This document shows positions 20,590 through 31,223 of a stretch of DNA of 64,000 nucleotides, one piece after another. The DNA lies in NCBI GenBank assembly GCA_965223295.1, contig CBDCWC010000002.1, forward strand, positions 896,001 to 960,000. Reading direction: 5' to 3'. The notes beneath the pieces were generated by a model. That model was not told the DNA's origin. It did not search any database and was given only the letters and a program-made list of their open reading frames with translations. Source of the stretch: Nitrospirales bacterium (lineage in GTDB: Bacteria; Nitrospirota; Nitrospiria; Nitrospirales; UBA8639). Both the position numbers and the translations under genes were made by a program. The first letter of the stretch is position 1. Every line of letters starts with the position of its first letter.

Positions 20590-22529
20590 GTAAAATTATC
20601 GGAATTGATTTAGGCACAACGAACTCCTGTGTGGCGGTGATGAGCGGAGGAGACCCAAGCGTCATTGCGAATTCAGAAGGGGCTCGGACAACGCCATCCG
20701 TTGTTGGCATCACGGACAAGGATGAACGATTGATTGGACAAATTGCAAAACGGCAAGCTATCACCAATCCGGAAAACACGATTTTTTCCGTCAAACGCCT
20801 CATGGGACGAAAAACATCTTCTCGTGAAGTGCAGGAAGCTAAAGAACGCCTACCCTATAAAATTGTTGAGGGAAGTAATGGCGATGCCTACGTACAAATC
20901 CGTGATAAAAAATATAGCCCGGCTGAAGTCTCCGCCATGATCCTTCAAAAAATGAAGCAAACAGCTGAAGATTATTTAGGCGAAACCGTAACCGATGCCG
21001 TCATTACCGTACCCGCGTATTTTGACGACAGCCAACGACAAGCCACAAAAGATGCTGGACAAATCGCTGGGCTTAATGTCTTACGAATCATCAACGAGCC
21101 CACTGCAGCATCCTTAGCCTATGGCCTCGACAAGAAAAAAGACGAGCGGATCGCGGTGTATGACCTTGGCGGCGGCACCTTCGATGTTTCGATCTTGGAG
21201 ATTGGTGAAGGCGTCTTTGAAGTCAAAGCCACAAACGGAGATACATTTTTAGGAGGGGACGACTTTGACCTGCGCGTCATTGACTGGCTTGTGGAGGAAT
21301 TCAAAAAAGATCAGGGGATAGACCTTCGAAATGACCGAATGGCCTTGCAACGCCTTAAAGAAGCGGCCGAACGGGCAAAAATTGAATTGTCTAGCTCACA
21401 AGAAACTGAAATAAACTTACCGTTTATCACAGCCGATGCTAGCGGGCCTAAGCACTTGGTGCTCAAGCTTACCCGATCAAAGTTCGAGCAGTTAGTGGAC
21501 GATCTGATTGAACGATCAATTGAACCGTGCAAAAAAGCCTTGGCTGATGCCGAATTGACCACCGGCGATATCAATGAAATCGTATTGGTTGGCGGCATGA
21601 CCCGCATGCCAAAAGTCATCGAGCGAGTCAAGCAGTTCTTTGGCAAAGAACCGCATAAGGGTGTGAACCCTGATGAAGTCGTGGCAATTGGAGCAGCCAT
21701 TCAAGGTGGCGTACTGAAAGGTGATGTCAAAGACGTCTTGTTGCTAGACGTCACACCGCTTTCGCTGGGCATTGAAACGTTGGGTGGGGTCTTCACGAGG
21801 CTCATTGAACGTAACACCACGATTCCTACAAAAAAGAGCCAAATATTTTCCACAGCCGCAGATAACCAAACCGCCGTCACCATCCGCGTCTTCCAAGGTG
21901 AACGTGAAATGGCCAATGACAATAAGTTATTAGGCCAATTTGATCTGGTCGGGCTTCCTCCAGCACCACGGGGAATGCCGCAAATTGACGTGACGTTTGA
22001 TATTGATGCCAACGGGATTGTGCATGTATCCGCCAAAGACATGGCGACTCAAAAGGAACAATCAATTAAGATCACCGCGTCCAGTGGCTTGAGTAAAGAA
22101 GAAGTCGAACGCCTGGTGAAAGATGCTGAAGCTCATACTGAAGAAGACAAAAAGAAACGGGAGTTGGTTGAGCTAAGGAATCAAGCTGATACACTGATAT
22201 ACAGTACCGAAAAGAATTTAAGTGAACATGGCGATAAAATAAGTGAGGAAGAAAAAACGAACATTACGACCGCCATTGATGGCTTAAAAAAATCTCTCGA
22301 GGAAGAAAATATCGAAGCCATTAACACTGCGATGCAAAACCTCACCACCGCATCACACAAATTGGCTGAAGAAATGTATAAGAAAGCTTCTGAAGATGGC
22401 GCCGAGTCTGGAGGAACAGGGTCTGACGGTGACGCTGGACCATCTGCTTCGGGACCAGAAGATGCTTCAGGGGCTGATGAAAAAGTCGTTGATGCTGAAT
22501 TTGAAGAAGTTGACAAAGGAAAAAGTTAA
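20586..22529 (+). CDS. dnaK: Chaperone DnaK
   Basis: [31 protein letters not shown]-terminal VVDAEFEEV. Confidence 0.99.
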   Translation: MSKIIGIDLGTTNSCVAVMSGGDPSVIANSEGARTTPSVVGITDKDERLIGQIAKRQAITNPENTIFSVKRLMGRKTSSREVQEAKERLPYKIVEGSNGDAYVQIRDKKYSPAEVSAMILQKMKQTAEDYLGETVTDAVITVPAYFDDSQRQATKDAGQIAGLNVLRIINEPTAASLAYGLDKKKDERIAVYDLGGGTFDVSILEIGEGVFEVKATNGDTFLGGDDFDLRVIDWLVEEFKKDQGIDLRNDRMALQRLKEAAERAKIELSSSQETEINLPFITADASGPKHLVLKLTRSKFEQLVDDLIERSIEPCKKALADAELTTGDINEIVLVGGMTRMPKVIERVKQFFGKEPHKGVNPDEVVAIGAAIQGGVLKGDVKDVLLLDVTPLSLGIETLGGVFTRLIERNTTIPTKKSQIFSTAADNQTAVTIRVFQGEREMANDNKLLGQFDLVGLPPAPRGMPQIDVTFDIDANGIVHVSAKDMATQKEQSIKITASSGLSKEEVERLVKDAEAHTEEDKKKRELVELRNQADTLIYSTEKNLSEHGDKISEEEKTNITTAIDGLKKSLEEENIEAINTAMQNLTTASHKLAEEMYKKASEDGAESGGTGSDGDAGPSASGPEDASGADEKVVDAEFEEVDKGKS

Positions 22530-22600
22530 GAACACGTCCTCATGATGCCGCAGCTATGTCATTTATTCCATCCTCAGCAGGTCGTTGTTAGGCTCTATTA

Positions 22601-23725
22601 ATGTCACAAACAGGAAAACGTGATTACTACGACGTGCTGGGGGTGGACCGAAATGCTTCGGACGATGACATAAAGAAAGCCTTCAGAAAACTCGCCAGAC
22701 AACATCACCCAGATCTCCACTCAGAACCCGACAAGAAAAAAGCTGCCGAGGAAAAGTTCAAAGAAGCAGGGGAAGCCTACGAAGTCCTCAGCGATGCTGA
22801 TCGTCGTAAGAAGTACGACATGTTTGGGCATGCTGCGGCGGGGCAAGGCGGCGGGGCGGAAGGCTTTGGCTTTGGAGGCGGTGGGTTTGGAGATGTCTTC
22901 GGTGATATCTTTGAAGACTTCTTTGGAGGCGGACGTGGCCGAAGCCGTGCCGAACAAGGCAATGATCTTCAATATAATCTGGAAATTTCTTTTGAAGAAG
23001 CGATTAACGGGAAAGAAGCGAAACTGAAAATTCCCCGCTGGGAAGTTTGCGACTCGTGTAAAGGAACTGGAGCGAAATCCGAACAGTCGATTCAATCATG
23101 TTCAGCCTGTCGTGGCTCAGGGCAAATACGTCTGCAGCAAGGATTTTTTACGATCAACCGAACGTGCGGACAATGCCAAGGGGCTGGAAAAATCATTGCC
23201 GACCCATGCAAGACTTGCCGGGGGCAAAAGCGCGTCCATAAGGAGCATGTGCTCTCCGTCACGATTCCAGCAGGCGTAGAGTCAGGAATGCGCTTGCGTC
23301 TTTCACATGAGGGCGAGCACGGGATGAATGGAGGGCCGCCAGGGGATCTTTATGTCGCACTGACCGTTAAACCTCATACCCATTTCGTACGAAAAGGCCA
23401 AGATATCTTGTATGACCGCCGTCTTCATTTTGTGACAGCGACGCTGGGGGGCCGGGTTGAAGTCCCAACATTAGAGGGAACCACAATGGTCAAAATTCCC
23501 GAAGGCACGCAACATGATCAAGTTCTTCGGTTAAAAGGCCTTGGAGCGCCAGGTCTTAAGTCACAAACTCGCGGAGACCAATTAGTCAGAATTAAAATTG
23601 ATATTCCCACCAAACTTACACCCCGACAGAGAGAACTTCTGAATACCTTTGCCGAAGAAAGCGGTGTCTCTACAGATCAACAAGGGGAAGGTCTCTTTGA
23701 CAAAGTGAAAAATCTGTTTGACTAA
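22601..23725 (+). CDS. dnaJ: Chaperone DnaJ
   Basis: J domain with HPD, G/F region, four CxxCxGxG-type zinc motifs. Confidence 0.98.
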   Translation: MSQTGKRDYYDVLGVDRNASDDDIKKAFRKLARQHHPDLHSEPDKKKAAEEKFKEAGEAYEVLSDADRRKKYDMFGHAAAGQGGGAEGFGFGGGGFGDVFGDIFEDFFGGGRGRSRAEQGNDLQYNLEISFEEAINGKEAKLKIPRWEVCDSCKGTGAKSEQSIQSCSACRGSGQIRLQQGFFTINRTCGQCQGAGKIIADPCKTCRGQKRVHKEHVLSVTIPAGVESGMRLRLSHEGEHGMNGGPPGDLYVALTVKPHTHFVRKGQDILYDRRLHFVTATLGGRVEVPTLEGTTMVKIPEGTQHDQVLRLKGLGAPGLKSQTRGDQLVRIKIDIPTKLTPRQRELLNTFAEESGVSTDQQGEGLFDKVKNLFD

Positions 23726-23763
23726 GCCACTTACTCAGGTGTAGATCTCAACGCTTCGCTTAC

Positions 23764-24498
23764 ATGCCTGTCTTTTTCATCCATTCCACCGATGTTGGGA
23801 ATGGAGTCGTCAGAGTCACCAATCCCCTCCTTAGCCATATCTCAAAAAGCTTACGCACAAAGCTGGGAGATGAACTTCTCTTCAATGATGATCAAGGATT
23901 CCGTTATCATACGACAATTAGTCAGATTACCAAGCAGACCCTACAGGCCACTGTCCAACAGATAGAATCCTCCCCCTGCTCTACTCGTCCTCCCATCGTT
24001 CTTGGGCAAGCTCTTTTGAAAGGAGAAAAGATGGGATGGGTCATTCAAAAAGCGACCGAACTGGGTATAGCTACGATCATCCCCCTCACGACAGATCGCG
24101 TCGTTCCCAAGTTGTCTGTCAAACAAGAAGAAACTCATCGAGAACGTTGGAAACGAATTGCGAGAGAAGCAGCACAACAAAGCGAACGATGGACTCTGCC
24201 AGCTATTTCACCAATACAACCCTTCCAAACATTCCTTGAAAGATCACAACAGGGGCTACGGATTCTTATGGCAGAACGTCTAGATGCTCCATCACTCTTA
24301 ACCCTACCGTATTCCAATGGACAAACAGATTCTGGGGTCACAGTACTTATTGGACCGGAAGGTGGATGGTCCAAAGAAGAAATAGAAACCGCGAAATCTT
24401 ACCAATGGGCATTCGCATCTTTTGGAAAAGGAATTTTACGTGCAGAAACCGCAAGTCTCGCAGCCTTGGCTATTCTGCAAGCACGATTCAATAGATGA
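23764..24498 (+). CDS. rsmE: 16S rRNA m3U1498 methyltransferase
   Basis: QKATELG, EAAQQS.R, IGPEGGW, ILRAETA. Located downstream of dnaJ. Confidence 0.94.
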   Translation: MPVFFIHSTDVGNGVVRVTNPLLSHISKSLRTKLGDELLFNDDQGFRYHTTISQITKQTLQATVQQIESSPCSTRPPIVLGQALLKGEKMGWVIQKATELGIATIIPLTTDRVVPKLSVKQEETHRERWKRIAREAAQQSERWTLPAISPIQPFQTFLERSQQGLRILMAERLDAPSLLTLPYSNGQTDSGVTVLIGPEGGWSKEEIETAKSYQWAFASFGKGILRAETASLAALAILQARFNR

Positions 24499-24534
24499 AC
24501 TCTGGGGGTTCTTTGAGGTAGAAAGACCAGACGA

Positions 24535-25536
24535 CTAAGAATCTGAAGCTTGAGTAGGCGTTAATTGAAAATGAAGAATGGTTCCATGATCGCCAACGGC
24601 AAACCCTTGTGCAGCATCGGGAAGGGAGAGACCATACAATGTTTCTGTATTCAATGGTTCAACCTCTTCCCACGTAAATCCTGCATCTTCGGTCAACAGA
24701 ACTGTTCCGCGTTCGCCAATAATCCGGCCACTCAATGGTGTAGAAAATTGAATATCAACTAAGTCAGCCGGCTTCAGACAGGGACTCCCACAGGCGCGCG
24801 CCCGATCAACCCAATCTTTTCCAGCATTAAGAGTTTGGAAAATCGAACCTTGCGTGCCTACTGCCCAACCTGAAACCGCATCCGTAAACGTAATATCAAA
24901 GAATGTGGCAGGGCTATCTGTTGTTTGAGCCCTCCAAGAGGTTCCTCCATCATGTGTCACCAAAATTGTTCCAATGGCCCCGACGGCCCATCCTTGCTTC
25001 TCATCTATAAAGTGCACACCAAATAGATCAGACGTGACCCCACTATCTTGATCATCCCAGGTCTCTCCCCCATCGTTGGTGAACAAAATTACACCACGTG
25101 CCCCGACGATCCATCCTTGCCGAGCGGAAAGGAAAAATGCTCCATATAAGGTGCTATTCGTCCCACTGGCCTGGGGCATCCACTGAGCCCCTCCGTTGCT
25201 CGTGTGAAGCAATGTACCATTCTGTCCGAGAATCCAACCATGTTGTCCACCAGCAAACGTAACCGCCGTTAATAACATGTTGGTCCTTCGCGGAGCTTTC
25301 TTCCAAGTGGCACCGCCATCTGTTGTGTACAACATGGTTCCCCCGGCACCAACCACCCATCCCTGTTTCGCATTTGGGAAATGCACATCCAACAAAGTTC
25401 CCGGCGCGGGACTCTTCTGAAGCTCCATTATCAATGAAGATTCTTGGGCCACCCCTACCAACGGCACGCTGACAATACACATAAGAAATACGGTCACCCT
25501 AACACATACAGCGTTCATCACTATCTTTTTCAACAT
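24535..25536 (-). CDS. Exported YCF48/BNR-repeat beta-propeller protein
   Basis: Signal peptide and repeated GW.VG..G.I..T.DGG.TW units. Start is uncertain (25518-25557). Confidence 0.85.
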   Translation of the reverse strand: MLKKIVMNAVCVRVTVFLMCIVSVPLVGVAQESSLIMELQKSPAPGTLLDVHFPNAKQGWVVGAGGTMLYTTDGGATWKKAPRRTNMLLTAVTFAGGQHGWILGQNGTLLHTSNGGAQWMPQASGTNSTLYGAFFLSARQGWIVGARGVILFTNDGGETWDDQDSGVTSDLFGVHFIDEKQGWAVGAIGTILVTHDGGTSWRAQTTDSPATFFDITFTDAVSGWAVGTQGSIFQTLNAGKDWVDRARACGSPCLKPADLVDIQFSTPLSGRIIGERGTVLLTEDAGFTWEEVEPLNTETLYGLSLPDAAQGFAVGDHGTILHFQLTPTQASDS

Positions 25537-25584
25537 ATATCCAGTAGCCTCATCCAATTCAAAAAGCCAAAATTAAACCCTGCT

Positions 25585-27237
25585 TTACTGAGCTCGACCT
25601 TTTTCCTTCCAATAATCCATATCGGGAAGTCCACGCCGTAGAATTTTGAACGGCCCACCCACCACCGTGATCCATTGCTTTGGAGTACAGCAATCTCCGG
25701 TTGGTAAGATATCCCAAGATCCACGCTTCACAAGGAGTGTCCCTTCCATCATATTCAAGTCAAACCCCCCTGGATGGCCAACCCCATAAGACTGCCGTCG
25801 GGGTATACGCGCTTGAATTTCCGTGTCACTCCAAGACACCACTATGGCTGCTAACCCGTTAATTAAGACTTCGGTGCGAGAAACATCTTCTCCCAGTCGA
25901 TAGTTCTGCCAAGAATGCGCTTGCTGGTTCAGCGAAAGCCTAGCCGCTTCAGATATTTTGAGAAACTCACCAAATCCAGAACCCTTGATCGTGACAATTT
26001 CATCCAGCCCACCCTCTTTCGGTGTGTAGTCATGAATTTCCGGTCGCACAACTGTAAACTCACCAGCCTCATATTTCACAACTTCTTCACGGGCACAACA
26101 GGTCCCATCGGCATTGGGAATGCCCCCACCACGCTTTACCACTATCGGACCACTTTTGGCGCTAAACGGTACCCACACATCAATTTGATCATCTAACCAA
26201 CGATGAATCACAGCAGGCATCCCACCAATCTCAACACCATTATTGGCCGCTTCAAAGTCAAAGGCGTAGGCCGTCTCACCACCCTCAGAGTGAACACCAA
26301 AATTCTTACCTCGAATAATTACCAACGTTCCAATGGGACCGCGTTTCGGAAAAAATTCACTCACTTGGGTCTCCACAACATCAAAATTTCCGATCATGCG
26401 ATCCTGCCCGTCACGATGTAAAACTAGCGCGCCAGACTTAGCATTCAAGGGAACATGGACCACGATCGTCCGATCAGTCCATTGCGCAATGGCGGCAGGT
26501 TGCCCACCAAAAGAAATGCGTCCATCCTTGGGCATCGTACCGAAACTTTGCCCTGCTAATACGACCTTACTCCCTATGGGGCCTTGTTGCGGATCATAGG
26601 CAATAGGAGGAATCACAGTTAACGGCATCGTATTGCTGACCACATACTCAACTGGAGCACAGCACGAACCATTGGGCAACGGATCACTCGAAGCTAAACG
26701 GACCTGGACATCTCCGGTTTTCGCATTCGCCGGAATCTGCACTTCTATTTTGTTGGGCCGCCACCGTCGCACTTCAGCCCGAATGCCGTTAATTAACACC
26801 TGGTTCACACCAAACATCGTATTAGGATCACGCGAACCCGCTGTATTGCCAAAATTCTCGCCTTCAATCGTTACCAAGGAGCCGGCTTCGACTTCCGATG
26901 GGGCCACATTTGTAATCTTCACAGCTTGCAGCGTAAAGGTTCCAGCTTCCTGTTTTTCTGAACCATTCATCACCAAGACAGGGCCAGACGAGGCCTTCAA
27001 AGGCACTTTCACCAAGATAAAGTCTGGCTCCCACGACTGAATCAAGGCCGGCACTCCCTGAAACTCCACCCGGTTATCTTGGGTATTCTTAAAATCCCCA
27101 AACCCTCCTCCACTAATCGTGACGGTCGTACCGGGCGGACCTTCGGCTGGAAAAATCTCTGCCTGGACAATCGAACTTAACAAGAAGCAGAAAAGAACTG
27201 ATGCCCCCATCAACGAAAGACGCGAAATCTGTTTCAT
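25585..27237 (-). CDS. Exported IPT/TIG-domain repeat protein with three vicinal Cys-Cys motifs
   Basis: Signal peptide MKQISR...VQA. About five GP.G..V.I.G.NFG...W....I...VP..A.SG repeats. Motifs NGSCC, DGTCC, TGDCC. Confidence 0.8.
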   Translation of the reverse strand: MKQISRLSLMGASVLFCFLLSSIVQAEIFPAEGPPGTTVTISGGGFGDFKNTQDNRVEFQGVPALIQSWEPDFILVKVPLKASSGPVLVMNGSEKQEAGTFTLQAVKITNVAPSEVEAGSLVTIEGENFGNTAGSRDPNTMFGVNQVLINGIRAEVRRWRPNKIEVQIPANAKTGDVQVRLASSDPLPNGSCCAPVEYVVSNTMPLTVIPPIAYDPQQGPIGSKVVLAGQSFGTMPKDGRISFGGQPAAIAQWTDRTIVVHVPLNAKSGALVLHRDGQDRMIGNFDVVETQVSEFFPKRGPIGTLVIIRGKNFGVHSEGGETAYAFDFEAANNGVEIGGMPAVIHRWLDDQIDVWVPFSAKSGPIVVKRGGGIPNADGTCCAREEVVKYEAGEFTVVRPEIHDYTPKEGGLDEIVTIKGSGFGEFLKISEAARLSLNQQAHSWQNYRLGEDVSRTEVLINGLAAIVVSWSDTEIQARIPRRQSYGVGHPGGFDLNMMEGTLLVKRGSWDILPTGDCCTPKQWITVVGGPFKILRRGLPDMDYWKEKGRAQ

Positions 27238-27384
27238 AGTGCCAACAACCTTATGAATGAAAATAATGTGAGAAAATGTATAAGATATTCCTGACTTCTC
27301 AAAATCAACCAAACCAGAAGACCAACCTAAATCTGAGGGGCACCAACAACCGAGGTGGGACCAAGCAGTAGAGGTGGATAACCG

Positions 27385-27414
27385 ACTATATCAAGGCCTC
27401 TTTTTTTTCGTCAA
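27385..27414 (-). promoter_or_regulatory. Candidate sigma70 promoter of the IPT/YCF48 operon
   Basis: Minus strand TTGACG-18 bp-TATAGT with an extended -10 TG. Confidence 0.45.
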
Positions 27415-27767
27415 TTTATAGGATTTCACCCATCATTTATGGATAACAATGACATTAAGCCTTCTTCTTTTCCTCATTTCCAAATTTGGCTATCATGCCT
27501 AAATAATTTTCTATATTGCCGCAGTTCATCTCGGCGGTCGAACTTGCTGTTTTTAAACTGATTACATGAGATGGATCAGATACTAGTTTTTGGGGGTGCA
27601 TACCAACTCGCTACGCTCAAATAGGGCCCGGATAAGGATACGAGCATCCTCCCATTGGCTAATCAGCAGGCATCAGATACTCTGTGCCCTATTCAAGAAG
27701 ATGGGTAGCATAGGCTAAAATTACAAGGGATATTTAGGGAAAGGGTAATAAGCATAATCAAGAGGGA

Positions 27768-27958
27768 GGGACTGTTGAATAATGATGATATCAACGGCCA
27801 CATTTAGCCTCTGCGGTGTCACATGTCAGAGGCTTCGGGTCTGTTCAAAAAAGTCCGTTCAGCAAGGCCACAGCCATGTTTGCGCGCGGAGCGTTCTGGT
27901 ACTACGTGAGCACGGAATAATGGCGAGAACGCCGGCGGCGGCTTTTTTCAACAGACCC
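27768..27958 (+). mobile_element. MITE-like repeat, copy C (reference copy, 191 bp)
   Basis: Left end GGGACTGTTGAATAA, internal GGGTCTGTTCAAAAAAG at 27837, right end CTTTTTTCAACAGACCC. Matches copies at 13029, 40699, 59115 and 62145. Confidence 0.9.
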
Positions 27959-27972
27959 AGAGAGAAAACCAC

Positions 27973-29004
27973 ATGAGCTGCTCTTCGTGCATCAAAATAT
28001 GTGGCCGAATCATGCTGATCTTCATGTTGGCTATTCCGAGTTGCACCAACGCGATCACGCATGGGGCAGAAGCTGAACTCAATCCGGCTAACATCACAGA
28101 ATGGAAGGTGCCCTGGGAGAACACGCGGCCAAGAGATCCCTATGTGGATCAGCAAAACAGGGTGTGGTTTGTTGGCCAGACGGGGGATTACATTGCGATG
28201 CTCGATGTAAAGGCCAGTATGTTTGAACAATTCCCGTTAGATCCTGACACGGGTCCACATAATTTAATTGTCGATAAGCAGGGGATTATCTGGTATGCCG
28301 GTAACCGTGCTGCACATATTGGCAAACTCAATCCTATGAGCAACCACATCACCAAATATGCCATGCCTAATTCTTCGGCCAGCGATCCACACACCCTTGT
28401 CTTTGGAAAACCCAACGAAATCTGGTTTACCGTCCAACAGGGAAACTATATCGGACAGTTGAACATGAATACAGGAAGTGTTCTGCTCACCCCGCTCCTC
28501 ACACAGAACGCACGGCCCTATGGGATCGTCGTAAATACTACAGACACACCATGGTTCACCGAATTCGGCACGAATAAGCTTGGCACCATAGATTCAACAA
28601 CGAAATCCGTACGGGAAATTTCACTCCCCCGAAAAACTGCACGGCCGAAACGACTCGGCATCACCTCAGATGGTGCAGTCTGGTATGTGGACTATGCCGA
28701 AGGATATCTCGGGAGATACATTCCCACCACAAAAAAAGTGAAAGAATGGCTATCTCCAGGAGGAGAAGAGGCACGTCCGTATGGCATGGCCGTCGATAAT
28801 CAAGATCGTGTGTGGTATGTGGAGACAGGTGTGTATCCCAATCGTCTCGTAGGCTTTGACACAAAAGCTAAACAGGTTATGAGCATCACAAACATCCAAA
28901 GTGGAGGGGAAACCGTTCGACATATAATTTACCACCAGCCCACACAAACGCTCTGGTTCGGCACGGATGCGAACACCATTGCTCGCGTGACCCTCTCCCA
29001 ATAA
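27973..29004 (+). CDS. Exported virginiamycin B lyase (Vgb)-like beta-propeller protein
   Basis: RPRDP, GPHNL, DPHT, RPYGI repeats with W.....N.IG.L units. N-terminal signal-like segment. Confidence 0.8.
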   Translation: MSCSSCIKICGRIMLIFMLAIPSCTNAITHGAEAELNPANITEWKVPWENTRPRDPYVDQQNRVWFVGQTGDYIAMLDVKASMFEQFPLDPDTGPHNLIVDKQGIIWYAGNRAAHIGKLNPMSNHITKYAMPNSSASDPHTLVFGKPNEIWFTVQQGNYIGQLNMNTGSVLLTPLLTQNARPYGIVVNTTDTPWFTEFGTNKLGTIDSTTKSVREISLPRKTARPKRLGITSDGAVWYVDYAEGYLGRYIPTTKKVKEWLSPGGEEARPYGMAVDNQDRVWYVETGVYPNRLVGFDTKAKQVMSITNIQSGGETVRHIIYHQPTQTLWFGTDANTIARVTLSQ

Positions 29005-29207
29005 GATTTTTACTAGTGGAAGCTCAAAAACAGGAATTTGTCACAGCACATTTTTCGATTCCTAGGCAACACGTTTCTAGCTCTTATTCAGGAAATTTTT
29101 CAATGTCCTATGGCTCCAAAAACATTGCAGCCAATCCGTGATGGTGGTTAGCCAGTTTTTAAATACTTTCTCAAAGGTACGCATTCCTTAATAAGTGAGA
29201 CATCACT

Positions 29208-29705
29208 ATGAAAACCTTGTATCTAGTTCGCCACGCCAAGTCCTCCTGGAATAATGCGAACATTTCTGACCACGATCGGCCTCTCAACGATCGAGGGGAA
29301 CATGATGCCCCTCGTATGGGAAAACGGTTGCGCAAACGCAAGCCACTACCTTCGATTATCATCGCAAGTTCAGCTGTTCGTGCTGAAACCACGGCAACGA
29401 TTTTGGCGGAGATGATTGAGTATCCTCTATCTGGTTTGAAGATTGACGAACGCCTGTACGGCGCTGAGCCAAAAGACGTGATTAGCATTCTTCATGAACT
29501 CGACAACGCCATTGATAGCGCTATGCTCGTTGGTCATAACCCAACCTTTACCCACCTGATTAATTCCCTAGGAAATTGTGAGATTCAAAATGTGCCAACC
29601 TGTGGCATGGCAGTACTGACTTTCCCAACAGTACATTGGTCAAAAATTTCCGAAGTTCAAGGAGAACTTTTGGATTTCGACTACCCAAAGAAACACACAA
29701 ATTGA
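29208..29705 (+). CDS. SixA-like histidine phosphatase
   Basis: RHAKSSW, DRPL..RG, SSA.RA.T, VGHNP. Confidence 0.9.
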   Translation: MKTLYLVRHAKSSWNNANISDHDRPLNDRGEHDAPRMGKRLRKRKPLPSIIIASSAVRAETTATILAEMIEYPLSGLKIDERLYGAEPKDVISILHELDNAIDSAMLVGHNPTFTHLINSLGNCEIQNVPTCGMAVLTFPTVHWSKISEVQGELLDFDYPKKHTN

Positions 29706-29763
29706 GTAGGGATCATTTTCCCAACCAACCTCATCCCACACCAGAAATCATAATGTTCCTTTG

Positions 29764-29945
29764 GGGCACCTCTAAAAACTGATGTTTTTTTCTTAGGGCA
29801 AGGAAGCGGCGCGCGGAGCGTACTGGTCCTACGTGAGCACGGAACAATGGCAACCTTCTTGCGCGGTGAAGCGCTAATGCGCGTAAACGCGAAGCCGTTC
29901 TGGCAAAGACAAGGAACGCCGCTAGCGGCCTTTTTCAACAGACCC
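29764..29945 (+). mobile_element. Chimeric MITE-like repeat, copy D (foreign left end, family right half, 60-bp nested insert)
   Basis: The left end GGGCACCTCTAAAAACT is unlike the other copies. From about 29809 (GCGCGCGGAGCGTACTGG) to TTTTTCAACAGACCC it matches the family, apart from an insert at 29854-29913. Confidence 0.8.
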
Positions 29946-30028
29946 AGAATAGCGATATCCTAATGGACCGAAAGCCTCTATAATCATCTTGCTGTCTATA
30001 GATAAGAGCGAAATTGACTGGGGTGTGA

Positions 30029-30343
30029 ATGATGAAAAAACTATACATTTCACAAAGCCTTGTTGATGTGGAATCTCGAAAAGAACTCCTCGATCAAGCT
30101 GAGATCCCCTGCCTGATTAAAAATCAACGATCTGCGATGTTAGGCGGAGAAATTCCCTTCGTGGAAGTATTCCCAGAGCTTTGGGTGCTTCAAGATGAAG
30201 ATTTTGAACGGGCTGAAACATTACTAAAGGATTGGGAAAAAGCCCAGCCCCTGGAAACCACATCGTGGACCTGTGCAAGTTGTGGTGAAATCCATCAAAA
30301 GGAATTCACCACCTGCTGGAAATGCAACCAAGAAAGAACGTAA
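30029..30343 (+). CDS. DUF2007-like protein with C-terminal zinc ribbon
   Basis: L...EIPC.IKN....GEIPF.E..PELWV, and WTCASCGE...F..CWKC. Confidence 0.8.
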   Translation: MMKKLYISQSLVDVESRKELLDQAEIPCLIKNQRSAMLGGEIPFVEVFPELWVLQDEDFERAETLLKDWEKAQPLETTSWTCASCGEIHQKEFTTCWKCNQERT

Positions 30344-30479
30344 AGGACCACAGGGAAGATCGTGCAACGGATGCCGTACTTATTAACTGCAATAGCCGGT
30401 ATCAGCTGCTTACATGAGTTGCCGGCTCCAACCGACCCAAGATTGATCTTAGCTAAGCATTTATTCGATCTCAAAGAAG

Positions 30480-31223
30480 ATGAATGTAAAAACAAAGCTC
30501 AGTGTCAATTTGAATAAGGTTGCATTGCTTCGCAATCAGCGTGATCTCCCCTATCCGAGTGTCACTCAGTTTGCTCGAATTGTCATTGCTGCTGGTGCTA
30601 ATGGAATAACGGTCCACCCACAACCTGATGAACGACACATTCGACCCTCCGACGTTCGAGATTTGAGTTGTCTGCTCAAATGGGAATACAACAATAGGAT
30701 CGAATTCAATATCGAAGGATATCCCACGAAGACATTCCTAGAACTAGTACGAGAGGTAAGACCTACCCAAGTTACTCTCGTTCCTGATGCGCCAGATCAA
30801 CGAACGTCCGACCATGGTTGGGATATTTCAACGACCCGAGAACTCTTGCAAGCAAGTGTTGCCCAAATACATGAGATGGGTGCACGAGTCAGTTTGTTCA
30901 TCGACGCCGGATCGGACGAGATGTTGGAAGTGCGCAATCTAAAAGCAGAGCGAATTGAGCTGTACACGGAGCCCTATGCCAGAGCCTATTTGACCGGAGA
31001 TTTCGAAGATCAACTTGCTCGCTATGTCGCGACAGCTCAGGCGGCTATCGAGCTCGATATCGGCATAAACGCTGGGCACGATTTGACTTTGGACAATCTC
31101 CCAGCATTTAAGCAACGCATTCCAGCGCTTGCAGAAGTAAGTATAGGCCATGCAATTACAGCCGACGCTTTAGAGCTTGGTTTCTCAGCCGCTGTGAAAG
31201 CGTATAAGACAGCCTTGGCATAG
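30480..31223 (+). CDS. pdxJ: Pyridoxine 5'-phosphate synthase
   Basis: LSVNLNKVALLRN, GITVHPQPDERHI, NIEG, TLVPD, IELYT, NAGHDL, EVSIGHA. Confidence 0.92.
   Translation: MNVKTKLSVNLNKVALLRNQRDLPYPSVTQFARIVIAAGANGITVHPQPDERHIRPSDVRDLSCLLKWEYNNRIEFNIEGYPTKTFLELVREVRPTQVTLVPDAPDQRTSDHGWDISTTRELLQASVAQIHEMGARVSLFIDAGSDEMLEVRNLKAERIELYTEPYARAYLTGDFEDQLARYVATAQAAIELDIGINAGHDLTLDNLPAFKQRIPALAEVSIGHAITADALELGFSAAVKAYKTALA

Noticed and set aside
20528-23095. Long antisense ORFs over dnaK/dnaJ (also guaB, aspS, IPT gene)
   Set aside because: Shadow ORFs opposite well-supported conserved genes.
27782-27976. Short ORFs over repeat copies (27782-27976, 29681-29938, 40666-40884)
   Set aside because: They are translations of the palindromic repeat with shared peptides such as ARTP.AAFFN. 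No RBS or domain support.
27973-29004. Streptogramin resistance gene
   Set aside because: The Vgb-like fold is widespread and this protein appears exported. Resistance cannot be inferred from the fold.
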